From: Eledone cirrhosa
Taxonomy: Eukaryota
Direction of reading: 5' to 3'
Assembly (NCBI GenBank): GCA_964016885.1
Contig: OZ024743.1
Span: 217,062,001-217,126,000 of the forward strand
Length of the DNA stretch: 64,000 bases
Shown here: one piece after another, positions 27,770-43,342 of the stretch
Layout: every line of letters begins with the position of its first letter
How positions within the stretch are numbered: position 1 is the first letter of the stretch
Position numbers and translations under genes: made by a program
The notes under the pieces: model-generated
Told to the model about the DNA's origin: nothing
The model's database searches: none
The model's input: the letters and a program-made list of their open reading frames with translations, nothing else

Positions 27770-30052
27770 TTATATATATATATAGACAGCTGCAAGTATA
27801 CATCCACATATGCTGACATGTGTATATGTATATACATGTATCCATCCATAATATACGAATCTATAAACTGGTAATTGCAAATGGACACCGGTACCATGAA
27901 TATTTAAATATATATGTTAGTATAATACACACATATACACACAAACTGACACACATACACATATAAAGATATACGTGTGGATGTGTATATATAAAGTGCC
28001 AGTAATATAATTAAGTGTAATGCATTGACTCTATCCATCTTAGAAAATATACGTTTTACTAATGTTCAGAAGTCAATAACTTCGTATAACGATAATTGTT
28101 AAGATGTAACATATTACTTACATCCATTCATAGTTTTTAGTTTTTCCTTGTTGATAATATATTTCTATTTCCATAGTAATTTTCTGTTTATGTTGAATTT
28201 GTCATATCTCATTTCTCATCTTATACAAATAATATACACACATACATACACAAGCACACACTTACACACGCACATATACGCACACGCACACATACACATA
28301 TATATATGGACATGTATATGTATGGACATGTATATTTATACATATGTGTATGTGTGTGTGTGCGCGCGTGTGTGTGGTTGGGTGTGTTTCATTCTCTGGT
28401 TCTACAATGGTTGTCATAGATATAATTAACAAAACGTCACGGTAATTCGTTTTGACATGCAAACCAGACGCCACTATTTCCTGTCACTATTTCGAAATAA
28501 TCAACGCCATCAGAATGTCACCAGAACATGTTTTTATATAAATAAATGAAAGAAAAGAAACTTTTACAGATATATTTCTCTCGTACTATGCACCTATTTA
28601 TATCTACATATGTATTTGTGTGAAACTTTGTGTATGTACGTGTAGTTCTCTGTGTGTTCTCTGTGTGGTTTTATATCTACATATTTGCAAAGCTATAAAC
28701 TGAGATACAGTTACATTGAAGATCAATGATTATTTATTTGTTAACATAAAACGTATCTTCATCGTATTAATACTATTCCATATGTAAATATGTTGATTTT
28801 CCAGCGTCGATTATGTACGTTGATTGATATACAGCATACGAATATTTGCTATGTCCATTTAAGTTCTGATTTCAAATAGCACCATATTGCACCACCACAA
28901 AGTAAAGTTTTGGAGTTGATTCCAGCGAAGAACATAAATATTTCCCTTGGTTTTAATATGAAAATATGGCTATTTGCTTGTGAAAACAGTGCTTGCATAC
29001 TCTTGCACTAGCCCAACATACAACATTATAATAGGTGAGCAGTATCGAGCAGTCCCACATAAAACATTTTCTTTATGAGTCTATACATGCGTGTTATATG
29101 TTATCAAAATGTATAGCAGATGAGCAATTACCTGTCAGTACGCTTATTGTGTTTTTTCCGAAGAAAAAAAAAACAATAAACGTAATATGGTTAATAATTT
29201 CAAATGGTAAACGAAATACCTACAAACTGTTTACAGAGAAGTACATTGCCATCCTTAACGTTGCACATAAACAAACCGGCCAAGCGTAAACGCAATTTGA
29301 TTTAAGTTGTCTCTTTTCAGAGCCTGTATGAATTTGCGTGAAAAAAGGAACTATTTTAACACCTTTGAGTTTGCATGAAGGCTTGCAAAGTAGTGGATCC
29401 CATAAATAGCATCAATGGGGCAGGTGACAGCGTTAAACCGGGTAACAGATTATGTCTACTGCACAAAAAAAGGAAGTATGTAAACTAGAACGAGAGAAAG
29501 TAATAGAATTGTATAGAGAAATTGACTTTCTGGTGCTATCCTCGTCGTCATTATCATTTTTGATCATGATCACCACCACCATGAAAGCTATGGAGTCGCA
29601 TGCATAGCAAAAAAGAAAAATTATATATATGGAGATAAAATGCACATTTCATAAAATCATACTCAATGTTGATGTGTTTAATTGTAAATATAAATGTGTA
29701 CTGCTCTTACTGCAAGCAACATTCTGTTCTTGTTTAAATATACCAATCAATCTCGACTTGTTCTTTGTGTGTTCAACCCTAAACAAACCGGTATGTTTAT
29801 GAAATATTCATGGACTCATAAAATAATTTGAGTCGTCAACTACATTGTTCAAATGCTTTCAGCGAAACGTGAGAACACTATAGAATATAACAAATAATTA
29901 TATTAGTAAATAATTAAAACCACATAGAAAATTTATTTTATATCCGTCCGTCCTTCACACCAGTTTGGTATACGTCCAGATATTGAAATAAATTCCGACG
30001 GTCAGGTCAATATTTCTTTTCTTCTTCTAAATGAATTAAAATTCTCGGTGTT

Positions 30053-30125
<73 letters not shown>

Positions 30126-30138
30126 GTATATTTATGTA

Positions 30139-30211
<73 letters not shown>

Positions 30212-30224
30212 GTATATATATATT

Positions 30225-30261
<37 letters not shown>

Positions 30262-30306
30262 GTATATACATATTTATATATATATATATATGTATATATA
30301 TATGTA

Positions 30307-30360
<54 letters not shown>

Positions 30361-30588
30361 CATTCATATGATTTATTGATTTATTGATATTTTATCTGAG
30401 TGACCCGAATCTTCCAGATCGTAATTTTTCGGTCGCATGGTTGATTTTAGACATGATCTACGTGTGTTGGTATTTTAACGATAGTTATAGCTCTGATTTA
30501 TCTGAATTATTGAGCCCTCTGCCACTCATATCGAATTTTGTTTATCGTGAACTCGTGCGCCGATTTTTCGATACTCGATTATTCTACT

Positions 30589-31277
<689 letters not shown>

Positions 31278-31308
31278 ATAACCTTCGTTTTGTGTAGAAA
31301 ATTACACT

Positions 31309-31374
<66 letters not shown>

Positions 31375-31552
31375 GATTATGCAGTAACATATCAAGGGAT
31401 ATTTACATCTCGTTTGGAATTTTATCTGAAGAGAACACTTAGGGCAGTTGTAATACAACTGCCTTACGTCTTTTAAATATGTATAATAAAATAAATAGAG
31501 ACGTACAAATAAAAGCGTCTGTCTGTTTTAGCATTATTATTATTACTATAAA

Positions 31553-31941
31553 CGGGCGGTGGATTGGCAATATCGGTAGAGGGTCGGACGCCATGCTTTG
31601 CAGCACAGTTACCTCCCTTTACGGACTGAGTTCAAATCTCGCGGAGGTTAACTTTGCCTTTCATCCTTACGGGGTCGATAAAATAAAGTACCAGTAATAC
31701 ACTGGGATAATTGCTGGTCTTGTGCCAAAAGTAGAAACAATTATTATTACTATATAAGGCGATGGCTTGGCAGTATCGGTAGAGGGTCGAACGCCATCAT
31801 TTGCAGCAATGAGTTACACCCCTTTACGGTTTGAGTTCAAATCCTGCGGAGGTTAACGTTGCCTTCCATCCTTACGTAGTCGATAACATAAAGTGCCAGT
31901 AATGCACTGGGGAAATTGCTGGCCTCGTGCAAAGTAGAAAA
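31553..31941 (+). mobile_element. Two head-to-tail SINE family 1 copies (31553-31742, 31758-31941)
   Basis: Both have A/B boxes and the central domain; the first is flanked by an ATTATTATTACTATA duplication. Confidence 0.88.
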
Positions 31942-34065
31942 AATATGCATGTATGTATTTTATATCCGTCCAATTTTCTCATTTGCTGAAAATAACACAC
32001 AGCGGGATCAAACCAACACCTAATGATTGCGACACGAATTTCCTAACCTTGCTACGATACTACATTTGATCTAACACTCTATCTATTACAGTTCATCGTA
32101 TCTCAAATATATTTCTCGACACAATTAGAGAAATCAGATGGGCTATTTTCACAATTGTGATGGGATTTAAAAAGCGACTTAGTGGTCTCTTTGTGAAGAT
32201 TCCCTCCATATATGCTGACTATTACTAAGAGCTCTATTAAATGGGTGACGGCAAATGAGAGCGTATAATTTACTGCTTACAGCTAGTTCTCCTTAGAAAT
32301 TAGTGGTCTGTTAACTAGTCGAACTTACATGCGTAGACAGATGCGTAGACAGATGCTTTGCCGTTATACACAATATTTTTGCGGGCCTAAAAGAATGCAT
32401 ATATATACACACACATAACTGTTGAAATCAATAGGGTATCTGAAAGCTGAACTGAAAGGATTCAGCGCTTCGTTGTTAGTCTACAATGCATACTGTGTAT
32501 ATGACAAATACTTGTTTAAGTACCTAAATTGGTTCTTCAAATAAACAAAAATGAATAATATTGTTAAAAATTATTAACAAGTCTTCTGTGTCTGTAGATC
32601 GACGCAAAACAAATGTTGACTATATTTCACTGATATGACAGTGTCATTATGTCTTTTATAATGCCATCGGTGATGCCCATGTGGACCTGTAGATGCTTAT
32701 AGCAATAATTTATGTGGGAGAAAAATTCTGTGAAAAAGATATTGTTTACATATGCAAGTGTGTCTGATGTTTTCGCTCGGCTTTTATCATGTTTACTTTC
32801 CTTTTACATAGCTTGTTCACAACCATGACAGTATGTAATTATAAGCCCATTAAGCCATGTTTTCATTCTCACTCGATCATACTTGAAACCATACAAAAAT
32901 GTCCCTTCATGTATCACTTGTTTCAGCTTTTGTGTATATGTGCCTATTGGCATATGCTGTATACTATATTGTATTATGACGAGCATCCTCTCAATGTAAG
33001 TATTCTATTATGATATCACAAAATATTTTCAATGAAGAAGTAATGCATAAATAATTGACCTTCAACTAGCATGCACTAGTGAGTTGAATTCATTGCATGA
33101 GTCAGAAAAGGAAAAAGGTTTGACGTTCCATTAGTATCCTTAGCTTATATAAAGAATAATCTCAGGCGTCTTTTATTGTATAGCTTAACCATAACAAAAT
33201 AATAAATAGGTTTTAGATGGTTAATATTACATGCATTAAAAACGTTCTGAACGCTGCATGGACGAATGGTTAAGTAGTTCGTTGCAAAATCAGAAGGTCT
33301 TAAGTTTGATTCTATTGCGTGTCAACTTGTGCTAATGTCATTTACCACAGCCTTGGATCGACACCAAATATGCGAAATTGAATAGACGGAAATTGTTTGT
33401 AAGCCCAGCGGATGGACTATGTCTGTAACTCAAAAGGTCAGCCTTGTCACAGGGGTATGCCTTCTCTGCCTCCGGGAATAGTTTAACAGCACACGAGTTT
33501 AAGGTTTTCTTCCTCATGTCCACTTTAAATTCCACAAGAAAGCTATTCTCTTTTTCGAAGAACTTGAACATGAATTGTCAGAAACGATAGAGACCTATTC
33601 CATTCCATTAAATATATTTCATTTCAAAGATTATGAGGAAGACCATCATCACAACACTTAAACAATTCGGATATTATATAAACAACAGAGACTTGTTTAT
33701 GTAGACACCAAGTATCTATTATCAATATACATGTGTAATTAGAATGACGTTAGAAATACAGCTGTTCCGTTAAGGACTAAATAAACTGAAAAGCTAAAAG
33801 AGAATACATATTGCAACATTCATTTCCCAGCGCATTTATTTTTTGCTAAATAGCTTTCTTTAAGAAGTATGATTTCTGCTGAATCATAAAATACGTGACT
33901 TGAAAACATAATTATCTTTTTAGGGACTTGTATACTACTAACCAATAATGTTTTGGAAACACTTCTTCCTTTAGCCCCGCTTGCGAATTAGCAAGGAAAT
34001 TGTTTACATGGATTTATAGCATGTAGATTGATTTAATTTGTTTATGAAGCTGTAATACACCCCCC

Positions 34066-34099
<34 letters not shown>

Positions 34100-34659
34100 C
34101 ACGTCCACACACATATATATATATAAATATATGTGTGTGTCTGTATATATATATATATATATACACACAAACACACACACACACACACACACACGTATAT
34201 ATATATATATATAACTTTAACAGACAATGAGACGTCAAAAGTGTACATAGATTTATAGACGAAGCGACGTTGTTGCCTAAATATCTACAGTTAATAGAAT
34301 TCTAGAATGCTTCCTCATTCGAACAAAAAAGGGAAAGAAAATACTACGGCGTCTGAGGTAGATCAAAACCAACAAACGTATGAGTATTATTTGTTTCTAA
34401 ATTATAAACAGAATAAGTCAATTAAATCCTGCCAACACGTTATTGTTACCTTTATTTTATCGAACCCATGATGATGGAAGGCAACATTAAAACGTGTATA
34501 GGTTTGTAAAGCAGAAGGTACTCAGAATATACTTAGAATATAAAAGAGCATAGCGGAATGGCAAAAGATATTACGTACGATGATCTAACGATTCTGCCAA
34601 TGTAGTATTAGAAACTGAAATTTGTTATTTTGATTTGTTTGAAAGTGGCATCAAAGAAG

Positions 34660-35230
34660 TCAAAGTGACCAGTCTGTTCCGAAGGACTTTCGAGCTCGGG
34701 TTTGTGGATAACCTCCAGAAATCCCTCGCTTGGTCATGCTACCAGTGCAAAATAAATTCTGCATGCATGGAAGTGCGGTCATACGGACCTCCCCGAGATG
34801 CGCGCAGAGCGACGAAACCGCCTTGCACGCACTCGTCCAGTATACGTGCATTACTGACTTGTGGTGTTACGTCGAACAGTTGTTCTGGCGTGTAGAACTA
34901 ATCGGGATATCGACCAAGACTATAGTGAAGATCGCCCCGCCGCATTCTTTTGGCCGAGAAGGGCAGGCATATTTCCTGTTTCCGGTGGTGCTAGCGGGTT
35001 GTAGTGAATGGGGTTTTGTGGTACCCCAGGTTGAAAGGACAGAAGACAAGAACTTTTCTCTTCGGCCAATCTCTCATCAAAATTTTCAAGCATCTCTTTG
35101 AAAGAATGTGAGAGTGGAGAGAGAAGTTCTGCGCTCCAGTACATTAGCTAAAAGGTGGGTAAATGTAGCGAGAATGGGTTGTGTGAATGGGCTTCCTCTG
35201 AGCATGCTCCTATATGTTTCTTAATTCGAG
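34660..35230 (+). mobile_element. L1/Tx1-like LINE C-terminal (zf-RVT-like) remnant
   Basis: GC-rich island; translation DNLQKSLAWSCY / SPRCAQSDETALHALVQYTCITDLWCYVEQL resembles CPxC..ET..H....C...LW. Confidence 0.55.
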
Positions 35231-36471
35231 GGAGAGAGGGGTGCCCTTTCTAAGTGCTCTCAAAGCGTCGGCTGGTTCAGTATAGTTGGTGTAACGGGCA
35301 AGTGCTAGACAATTGTGGCCTTGTCATTGTCAAGTAGACGACAAACTAGAAACAGCAATAAGGCCACAGCCATCTAGCATATGCTTGTGTATATACTGAG
35401 ACATATCAAGGTAAATAATCCGGATAAAATTATTTAGGATTGAAAGATAATTCTCTATATTGTTATTTAAATCGTGCCTTCTGAACAAAATACCACACGG
35501 AAAGTAATATAAGATGCTATTCAAGAATAAATATCGTGAAATGGACCATGGAAAGGGATAGGTGTGAAAATAAAACAAATATCATCAATAATTCCAATAC
35601 AATAAAAAAAAATAGCCCTTTTAGGCATAGCCCAAGGTCGAACTAAGGTTGCATGAGTCTCGGTGATAAAAATTGGCGTATTACTTGGTAAAAAATTTGT
35701 TCGTGACACTTTATTAAATAGTGGGTTTTTATAGCTAGATAACATCAACTCAATAACCCTTATCCACCATTGATAACGCCCATCACTTCTTACATATAAC
35801 ACGCTCATTCAATAGTAAAACTCAAAGAATAATGTATTCTTGAGATAATCCAGTAGAAAACTTAATCTGTAATTTCACCAATCAACAAAATAATGCAATC
35901 TACATAATTTGAAATAAACAGAAAAATGTCTACATAATTGTCAACTGACATTGTAATACTACTTGTAAAGTTTACAGAGTCCATACTCAACACAATCATC
36001 ACTTGAAAGTAAACCACATACCACAACCCACACAGTACACACGAAACACAAACATCAACCTAAACAATACAAAACATTCATTGCACATAGTTTACAAAAT
36101 AATCAGAATCACCATTAGTTAACACCTGAATTAATCTCAAACCAAAACAATGCTAATATATTATATAAACAAATTCAGTTTTATATTCTCACACAAAGCA
36201 ATATTTCATCATATTTAGGAGTGTAATGAAGAAACTGTTGATACGATAGTAACTAGAACAATCTGTTCGAAAGAAGACGATAAAAAATAGGGTATTTGTA
36301 GTATTAGTAATGAAGCTTTTAGGCTTGGTAGGGAAATAAGCTATATAGAGATTGGAGTCGTTTTGAAGCATTAGACACTAGCTCTAAAACTGTGAAGATA
36401 TATGCCTCGTCTGTGGGTGCGTATAAGTGTAAGGGTGTGTAAATGTGGGTGTGCATATATATGCTAAGATC

Positions 36472-37330
36472 TTTCTATCCCTTATTACGAAGCATTTTCC
36501 CCCTACACATAAATATAGTAACATTTTTAATAGAAATACTATTAAAATGTCTTACTCTACGACTCCTAACCTTGCACATAGCATCACAGCTTCAATTTAG
36601 CTAAACTACCTAGCCGTAGGAACACGTGCAACCCTGTAGTTAGTACTAAATGTAATTGTAGGAATCGGGTTGATTGCCCCTATCCGGGAAATGCCTCTCT
36701 AGTAACATTGTCTACAAATGTAAGGTTGTAACACCCACGTCCCGTAGGGCCTGCATAGGCTTAACCCCCAATAGATTCAAGCAGCGTCTTTACATGCATA
36801 CCCATTCCTTTCGTTACCCTCTAAGAAGTAATATGACGTCACGTTCAGCTTATATCTGGAGTCTAAAGACAACCACACCCAATATAAGTTACACTAGGAG
36901 ATCCTAGCTAGTGCTAGATCGTATAACGGAAATAAAAGACCATGTGACCTCTGCGCCGCTGAGGCCCTGGAAATACTCTACGCCACAGACCACATCTTAA
37001 ACAAAAAATCTGAGGCAATTTCGGTTTGTAAACATAAATTACACAAAACTTTCCTGTATTACAGCCCCACGTTATAACCTAACGGTTAGTACGATCTATA
37101 CGTGGATATTTTACGTCTTGATGTGGGAGCTAAGTATATGTTTTGTTTATACCATTACTTATTTGCATAGCGAACGTTTCCACGAACCAACGTATCGTCT
37201 TCCTGTCTTCCTCCGGTTGCAACGTTTTTTTGAAATATCCACTTCTGCGTTTACAGATTGACTTTGTTAGTTTCAGAAGATCCCGTTAAGGGCGAAAGCA
37301 GCGATTCTTTGCTTAAACTTTAATCTGTTA
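36472..37330 (+). mobile_element. Penelope-like retroelement 3' remnant: degraded GIY-YIG endonuclease plus 3' (pLTR) region
   Basis: Frameshifted translation [33 protein letters not shown] / KCNCRNRVDC-PLSGKCLSSNIVYKCKV...CIGLT..RFKQRLYMHTHSFR / CDLCAAE...LNKKSEAISVCKH, stop at 37077. This fits the C-terminal GIY-YIG of PLEs; a hammerhead fold follows ~200 nt downstream, then (TA)n. Confidence 0.85.
37269..37319 (+). ncRNA. Type I hammerhead fold downstream of the PLE endonuclease (core U4>A, probably inactive)
   Basis: AGTTT-CAGAAGA-tCCCgttaaGGGc-GAAA-GCAgcgattcttTGC-TT-AAACT; stems I, II and III all pair. Confidence 0.7.
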
Positions 37331-37420
<90 letters not shown>

Positions 37421-37496
37421 TATATATATATATATATGAATATATATATATATATATATATATATGAATATATATATATATATATGAATATATACG

Positions 37497-37697
37497 GTAT
37501 TCCGGGTTGAATCGGAGGTAACCACAGTAAGTAAGGTACTCAATACATTGCAGAGTATAACAGTTTTAATATAGATGAGATTATACAGGACTGGAACTGT
37601 TTCATTCTTTAGAAATCATCTCGAATCAGATTCCTGATGATTTCTAAAGAATGAAACAGTTCTAGTCCTGTAGAATCTCATCTATATTAAAACTATA
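37497..37697. mobile_element. Foldback element (arms 37562-37620 / 37636-37696) with terminal CCACAGTwAGTAAGGTACTCAATAC; related ends at 16770-16860 and 52335-52400
   Basis: ~60-bp inverted repeat; the terminal motif is shared among three loci, each adjacent to microsatellites. Confidence 0.8.
37628..37678 (+). ncRNA. Type I hammerhead ribozyme, intact core, inside foldback 37562-37696
   Basis: AGATTC-CTGATGA-tTTCtaaaGAAt-GAAA-CAGttctagtcCTG-TA-GAATCT. Confidence 0.8.
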
Positions 37698-37707
37698 TGA
37701 ATATATA

Positions 37708-37760
<53 letters not shown>

Positions 37761-37792
37761 TATATATATGAATATATATAGATATATATATA

Positions 37793-37899
<107 letters not shown>

Positions 37900-38025
37900 G
37901 AATATATATATATATATGAATATATATATCATCATCATCGCCGTTTAACGTCCGTGTTCCATGCTTGCATGGGTTTGGACGGGAGTTTTCCCACTTGAGG
38001 CAAGAGTGGTTGTCTTGCTCGCATA

Positions 38026-38254
38026 GGACTGTCTGGCGGGTTTTCTACATTTGGATGCCCTTCCTAACACCAACCACATTTACAGTGTGGGGCTGGAGGT
38101 TTTTACCGTGTTGCCTACACGGCCACAATAAAACGTGGACTGTCTGGCAGGTTTTCTACAGCTGGATGCCCTTCCTAACACCAACCACATTTACAGTGTG
38201 GGACTGGGACGTTTTTACCGTGTTGCCTACACGGTCACATTACAGCGTGGACTG
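38026..38254 (-). repeat. Tandem duplication (~111-112 bp, 2 units plus start of a third) in the RTE 3' UTR
   Basis: GGACTGTCTGGC...GGATGCCCTTCCTAACACCAACCAC...TTTTACCGTGTTGCCTACACGG starts at 38026 and 38137; GGACTGT recurs at 38249. Confidence 0.9.
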
Positions 38255-38423
38255 TGTGTTTTTTTTTCGTGACACCTACACGATCTCATTTGTTTCGGCC
38301 TGGATTTTGTGGCACCAACATAACTTTACATTGAAAGGGGCGGTGTGGATGGGGTGGGGGTGGTGGGACGGGCGTGTATTTTGTTAGAGATGCCTACTGA
38401 CTGTAGTAGGTTTTACTTTGTAT

Positions 38424-40676
38424 TTAGGTAACGCGGGTCTTCTCTGTTACTGAGTACCGCCAAAGGTCTCGGTCCAGTGACATTGTCTTGGAGAGGTGTA
38501 AGTATGTGAGGTCGGAATTTATCAGCTCGTCCCAGGTTTTTCTGGGTCTGCCTACTCCGTGGCTACCATCTATCTTTATTGCCCTGCACTTTGTTATACA
38601 GCTGTCGTCTTTCATGGGCATCACGTGACCATACCAACGTAGCCTTCTCTCGAATAAACAACATCTGATCCCTCTTATTTCTAATTTTTTCCTTAGTTCG
38701 TTTATGCTTTCCCGTTCGCGTATATTACTATTACACATCCAGCGGAGCATGCAAGCTTCGTTCCTCTCTAGTCTGCGTATATCCTCTGCACACAATGCCC
38801 AGGTCTCACTGCCATGCAACATTGCTGTTCGTATGCAGGCATCATACAACCTGCCTTTCACTTTTAGGGAAAACCCTTTAGCGGCTAATAGTGGTATAAG
38901 CTCTCTGAACTTTTTCCATCCAGTTCTGGCTCTAGCTACTGTACTTTCGGAGCACCCTCCCCCACTGCTGATTTTGTCACCCAGGTAACGGAAGCTGTCC
39001 ACTATTTCTATAGAACCCTCTGCGCAGTTGAAAGAGCTAGTATTTTGTGGGCACTTGCTGCTACTTATTGCACCAGAGCACCGGCCACATGTAAAATCTG
39101 TGTTCTTAGTTAGCTTACCTGTGATCCCACTACATCTTTTATGCACCCATACTTTGCATTTAGGACATAAAATGAAGTTTCTACCTACGCCTTTCCTACA
39201 CACTGAGCATGGCCATTTCCCGGAAGGGACCGGCGCCTTATTTTCTTTCCTACAAACTAGAACTTTAGTCTTAGCCATGTTAATTTTAAGGCCTTTTGAT
39301 TCTAGGCCGTGCTTCCATGTTTGGAATTGCTTCTCTAGATCGGCCATTGATTCAGCTATGAGCGTTAGGTCATCTGCGTATAGGAGTTCCCATGGGCAGC
39401 CGGTCTTGAACTCCTCTGTTATAGCCTGAAGAAGAATAATGAATAGTAGGGGGCTAAGAACAGAGCCCTGATGGACACCAACTTTTACGCTAAACTCTTC
39501 ACTATATTCGTTGTTAATTCTAACCTTGCTCACTGTTTCTTTATACATGGCTTGTATAGCTCTCACAAGCCATTCGTCAACGCCTAGTTTTCTAAGAGCC
39601 CACCAGATAATGGAACGGGGGACTCTGTCGAAGGCTTTCTCCAAGTCGACAAAGGCTAAGTATAGGGATTTACTTTTAGCTAGGTACTTCTCCTGTAGTT
39701 GTCGTACAATGAAAAGAGCGTCTGTGGTACTTTTACCTGAAACAAACCCGAACTGCATTTAATCTAGATCGATTCTCTCTCTGATTAGTTGCACTATAAC
39801 TTTTTCCGTGACCTTCATGACCTGGTCGATTAATTTAATCCCTCTATAGTTACTCCTATCTAGGGCGTCTCCTTTACCCTTGTAACAGTTAATGATGATG
39901 CTGCTACGCCAGTCCTTCGGAACAACCCCATTCTGTATGACTTGGTTTACTATCCGGGTGACCATGGTGTGTCCCACCGTTCCAGAGGCCTTCAGCATCT
40001 CAGCGACTATTTCCGAAGGCCCAGCCGCCTTACCCGTCTTCATATCTTTGATCGCCTTACTTATTATACTACCTTCAACTAACACTGCTGGTCCCTCTAT
40101 TGGATCGATCTGGGGGAGACTATCCATCTCCCATTTATTCTCCTCATTTAGTAGCCTCTCGTAGTGACACTTCCAAGCGACCTTCTTATCAGCGTCAGTG
40201 ATGGCGAGTACGCCATCATCATTTAGTACACACTTCTCCCCAACAATATCACGGTTTTCCTTGACACATTGCCTAGCAATCCTGAACACCTCACGTTTTT
40301 GGTCCTCGCGTTGTAGAACATGCTTGAACTTTCTTTCCTCTGCTTCCCTTCTTGCAAAGTACACTTGTCTCCTAGCTTCCCTCCTGGCCACTTGATAGTC
40401 TTCTCTACTTCCCCCATCCCGCCATATTTTCCAAGCCTGCTTTTTGGCCTTAATCAACTCCTCCACCTTACTGTTCCACCACCATGTTACTCTCCTCCTG
40501 CCTATAGGCCTGCTCCAGCCACAGACTTCGTCTGCCGCCATCAGCGGGTTTACTTTCAGGAATTCCCACTGTCCCTCTATATTGTCCGACTCTAAATGCT
40601 CTTCCTTACTGTCGAAAGCGTCAAGTATTATGCTTTGAAATTTATTTCTGGCTGTGGGGTCCTTTAGCTTCCATAT
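38424..40676 (-). pseudogene. RTE reverse transcriptase ORF with a single in-frame TAA at 39759-39761 and an internal Cys/His finger
   Basis: ORFs 39759..40541 and 38424..39758 are in the same frame (GAT CTA GAT TAA ATG CAG TTC = DLD*MQF). No frameshift seen over ~750 codons. Confidence 0.92.
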
Positions 40677-40677
40677 T

Positions 40678-41110
<433 letters not shown>

Positions 41111-41174
41111 ATATCAATATATGACTACCTTGATTAAACATTTAACATCTCAGGGTATGTCATGTATCATTAAC

Positions 41175-41225
41175 TTTTGTCTGATGAGGACGTACTGTTG
41201 TACATCCGAAATATGTATAATAAAA
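41175..41225 (+). ncRNA. Minimal type I hammerhead ribozyme, intact core (family A)
   Basis: TTTTGT-CTGATGA-GGAcGTACtgttGTACaTCC-GAAA-TATGTA-TA-ATAAAA, with the canonical G-C pair closing stem II. Confidence 0.85.
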
Positions 41226-41328
41226 TGTAAATGATCAAAATAATATCTATTTTATTAATATTTTAATTTTAATATATGAATATATATATATACATATATA
41301 CGTATGTACGAATATATATATATATAAA

Positions 41329-41414
<86 letters not shown>

Positions 41415-42037
41415 GAATATTTATATATATATATATATTTTTTTTATTTATATATTTATACTCGGAGCTTTCCCAGAGTGCTTTTTAATATATGTGACTT
41501 ATTCCGGTTTTTTTAATTAAAAAAAAATCGATAATATTGCTTATGCTGAACTCCATATTTTTGTTGAGTTTTTTCTGAATGGTTTGATTGGTGTTTCTTG
41601 TAAACAGATTTTCGCCTATCCCGGCATTACTAGCGTGTGTCCACGTGTGTTTTGTTATTTCAATTCTACACGCTGTTGGCTTGCCTGCTTTTAATTCCCC
41701 TCCGGCATTATAGCAGTGCCTTTTAGTTAATGTATTGAGCACTACTGAAGATCGGTCCCCAACCGTGACTAACCCCACTGAAAAGTTTCGTGAAATAGAC
41801 TATATATTGAATTTGTAGTTTCCCAAATTGACGGTTAAGTATTTTTCCTCGATTTCATTTTGAGTTAAGATTGTACTGATTTTTTTCCCGAACTTACACA
41901 AAGTCTGAGGATAAAGTTTTTCAACTAGACTTGTTTTGAATTAAGATCCCACATCTTACGTTAAAAACTTTTCATCTTGATGTTATAGTCACTTATATGT
42001 CTGAATTATTGTTGGCATTTTCATTTATATATATATA

Positions 42038-42105
<68 letters not shown>

Positions 42106-42151
42106 TTAAATATATATATATAACTAGGTATATGATTATATATATGTATAT

Positions 42152-42200
<49 letters not shown>

Positions 42201-42202
42201 TA

Positions 42203-42265
<63 letters not shown>

Positions 42266-42268
42266 ATT

Positions 42269-42379
<111 letters not shown>

Positions 42380-42651
42380 TTATATATATATATATCTTAA
42401 AATTGCAGTGGGAATAAGAACAAGTCAAGAACGGGGGGAAGGGGGAGTTTTCCTCATCAGTTGTCTACTGGGGATCTCGGATATTTCTACGCTTTAATGA
42501 CAAGATATCTCACCCCAGGGCGTCAATAACTGGATAAGTTATTGGGAAAACGGAGGAGGGAGGGAAGGATAGCAAAAGGGAATAAAAGAGAAATCAGTGA
42601 AAAAACACCGCAAAAAAACAACAGACCGAGCAATCTGCGAGCAACTTAATG

Positions 42652-42729
<78 letters not shown>

Positions 42730-42736
<7 letters not shown>

Positions 42737-43072
42737 CAAAATATTAACAAATGAACCATATTCACATGATCAAAATATATGGTTTATTATATATATTTCA
42801 AAGGCTTTGGCAGTACTGCCAACACTGGAATTGTATAATCAAGACTGTAGCGGTATGTCATATATCAAATCATATATTTTATCCGATGAAGGCGTACTGA
42901 GAAAACAACACAGTACCTTTGAAATATATATATATTAAAGCATATATTTTGATTATGTGAATATCCTTCATTTGTTAATATTTTGAATAATATTAAAAAC
43001 TCCAGGAAAACTTGTTTGTTGAGTGCTTTTAATCTATTGTAAAATTGTATTCATTGAGTAATCAACGAACCA
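42730..43072. mobile_element. Family A foldback element, hammerhead core CCGATGA at 42883
   Basis: Arms ~42730-42805 / ~42915-42995; TTTTAT-CCGATGA-AGGcGTACTG...CAGTACcTTT-GAAA-TATATA-TA. Confidence 0.7.
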
Positions 43073-43286
43073 TATATATATATGTAATAGACAATTATTA
43101 AATATATAAATAGATAAATAAATGCCATTGTTAAATAATGAATAAATCAACTAATACCTTAACACTCCACACAAAATAAAACATTTCGTTTTAATCATTT
43201 TCTAACCCAGAAAAAAGAGAGAAAGAAATAAAAAAGGAAAGAAATATATTTGTCTTCCTAATTATCGTCTCTTTCTCCCTGTTTTC

Positions 43287-43339
<53 letters not shown>

Positions 43340-43342
<3 letters not shown>

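Noticed and set aside
29321-29424. Apparent splice acceptor (TCTCTTTTCAG) and donor (CAG/GTGACA) pair
   Set aside because: Stops in all three frames; no support for a coding exon.
35521-35808. Minus-strand ORF considered as a possible mitochondrial insertion
   Set aside because: No convincing match to any mitochondrial protein motif that I can recognise.
42440-42465. Minus-strand CTGATGA-G-GAAA; similar partial cores at ~10685-10715 (minus), ~41744, ~52377, ~59599
   Set aside because: Missing stem II, GAAA or stem I; cannot be supported as hammerheads, though some may be decayed copies.
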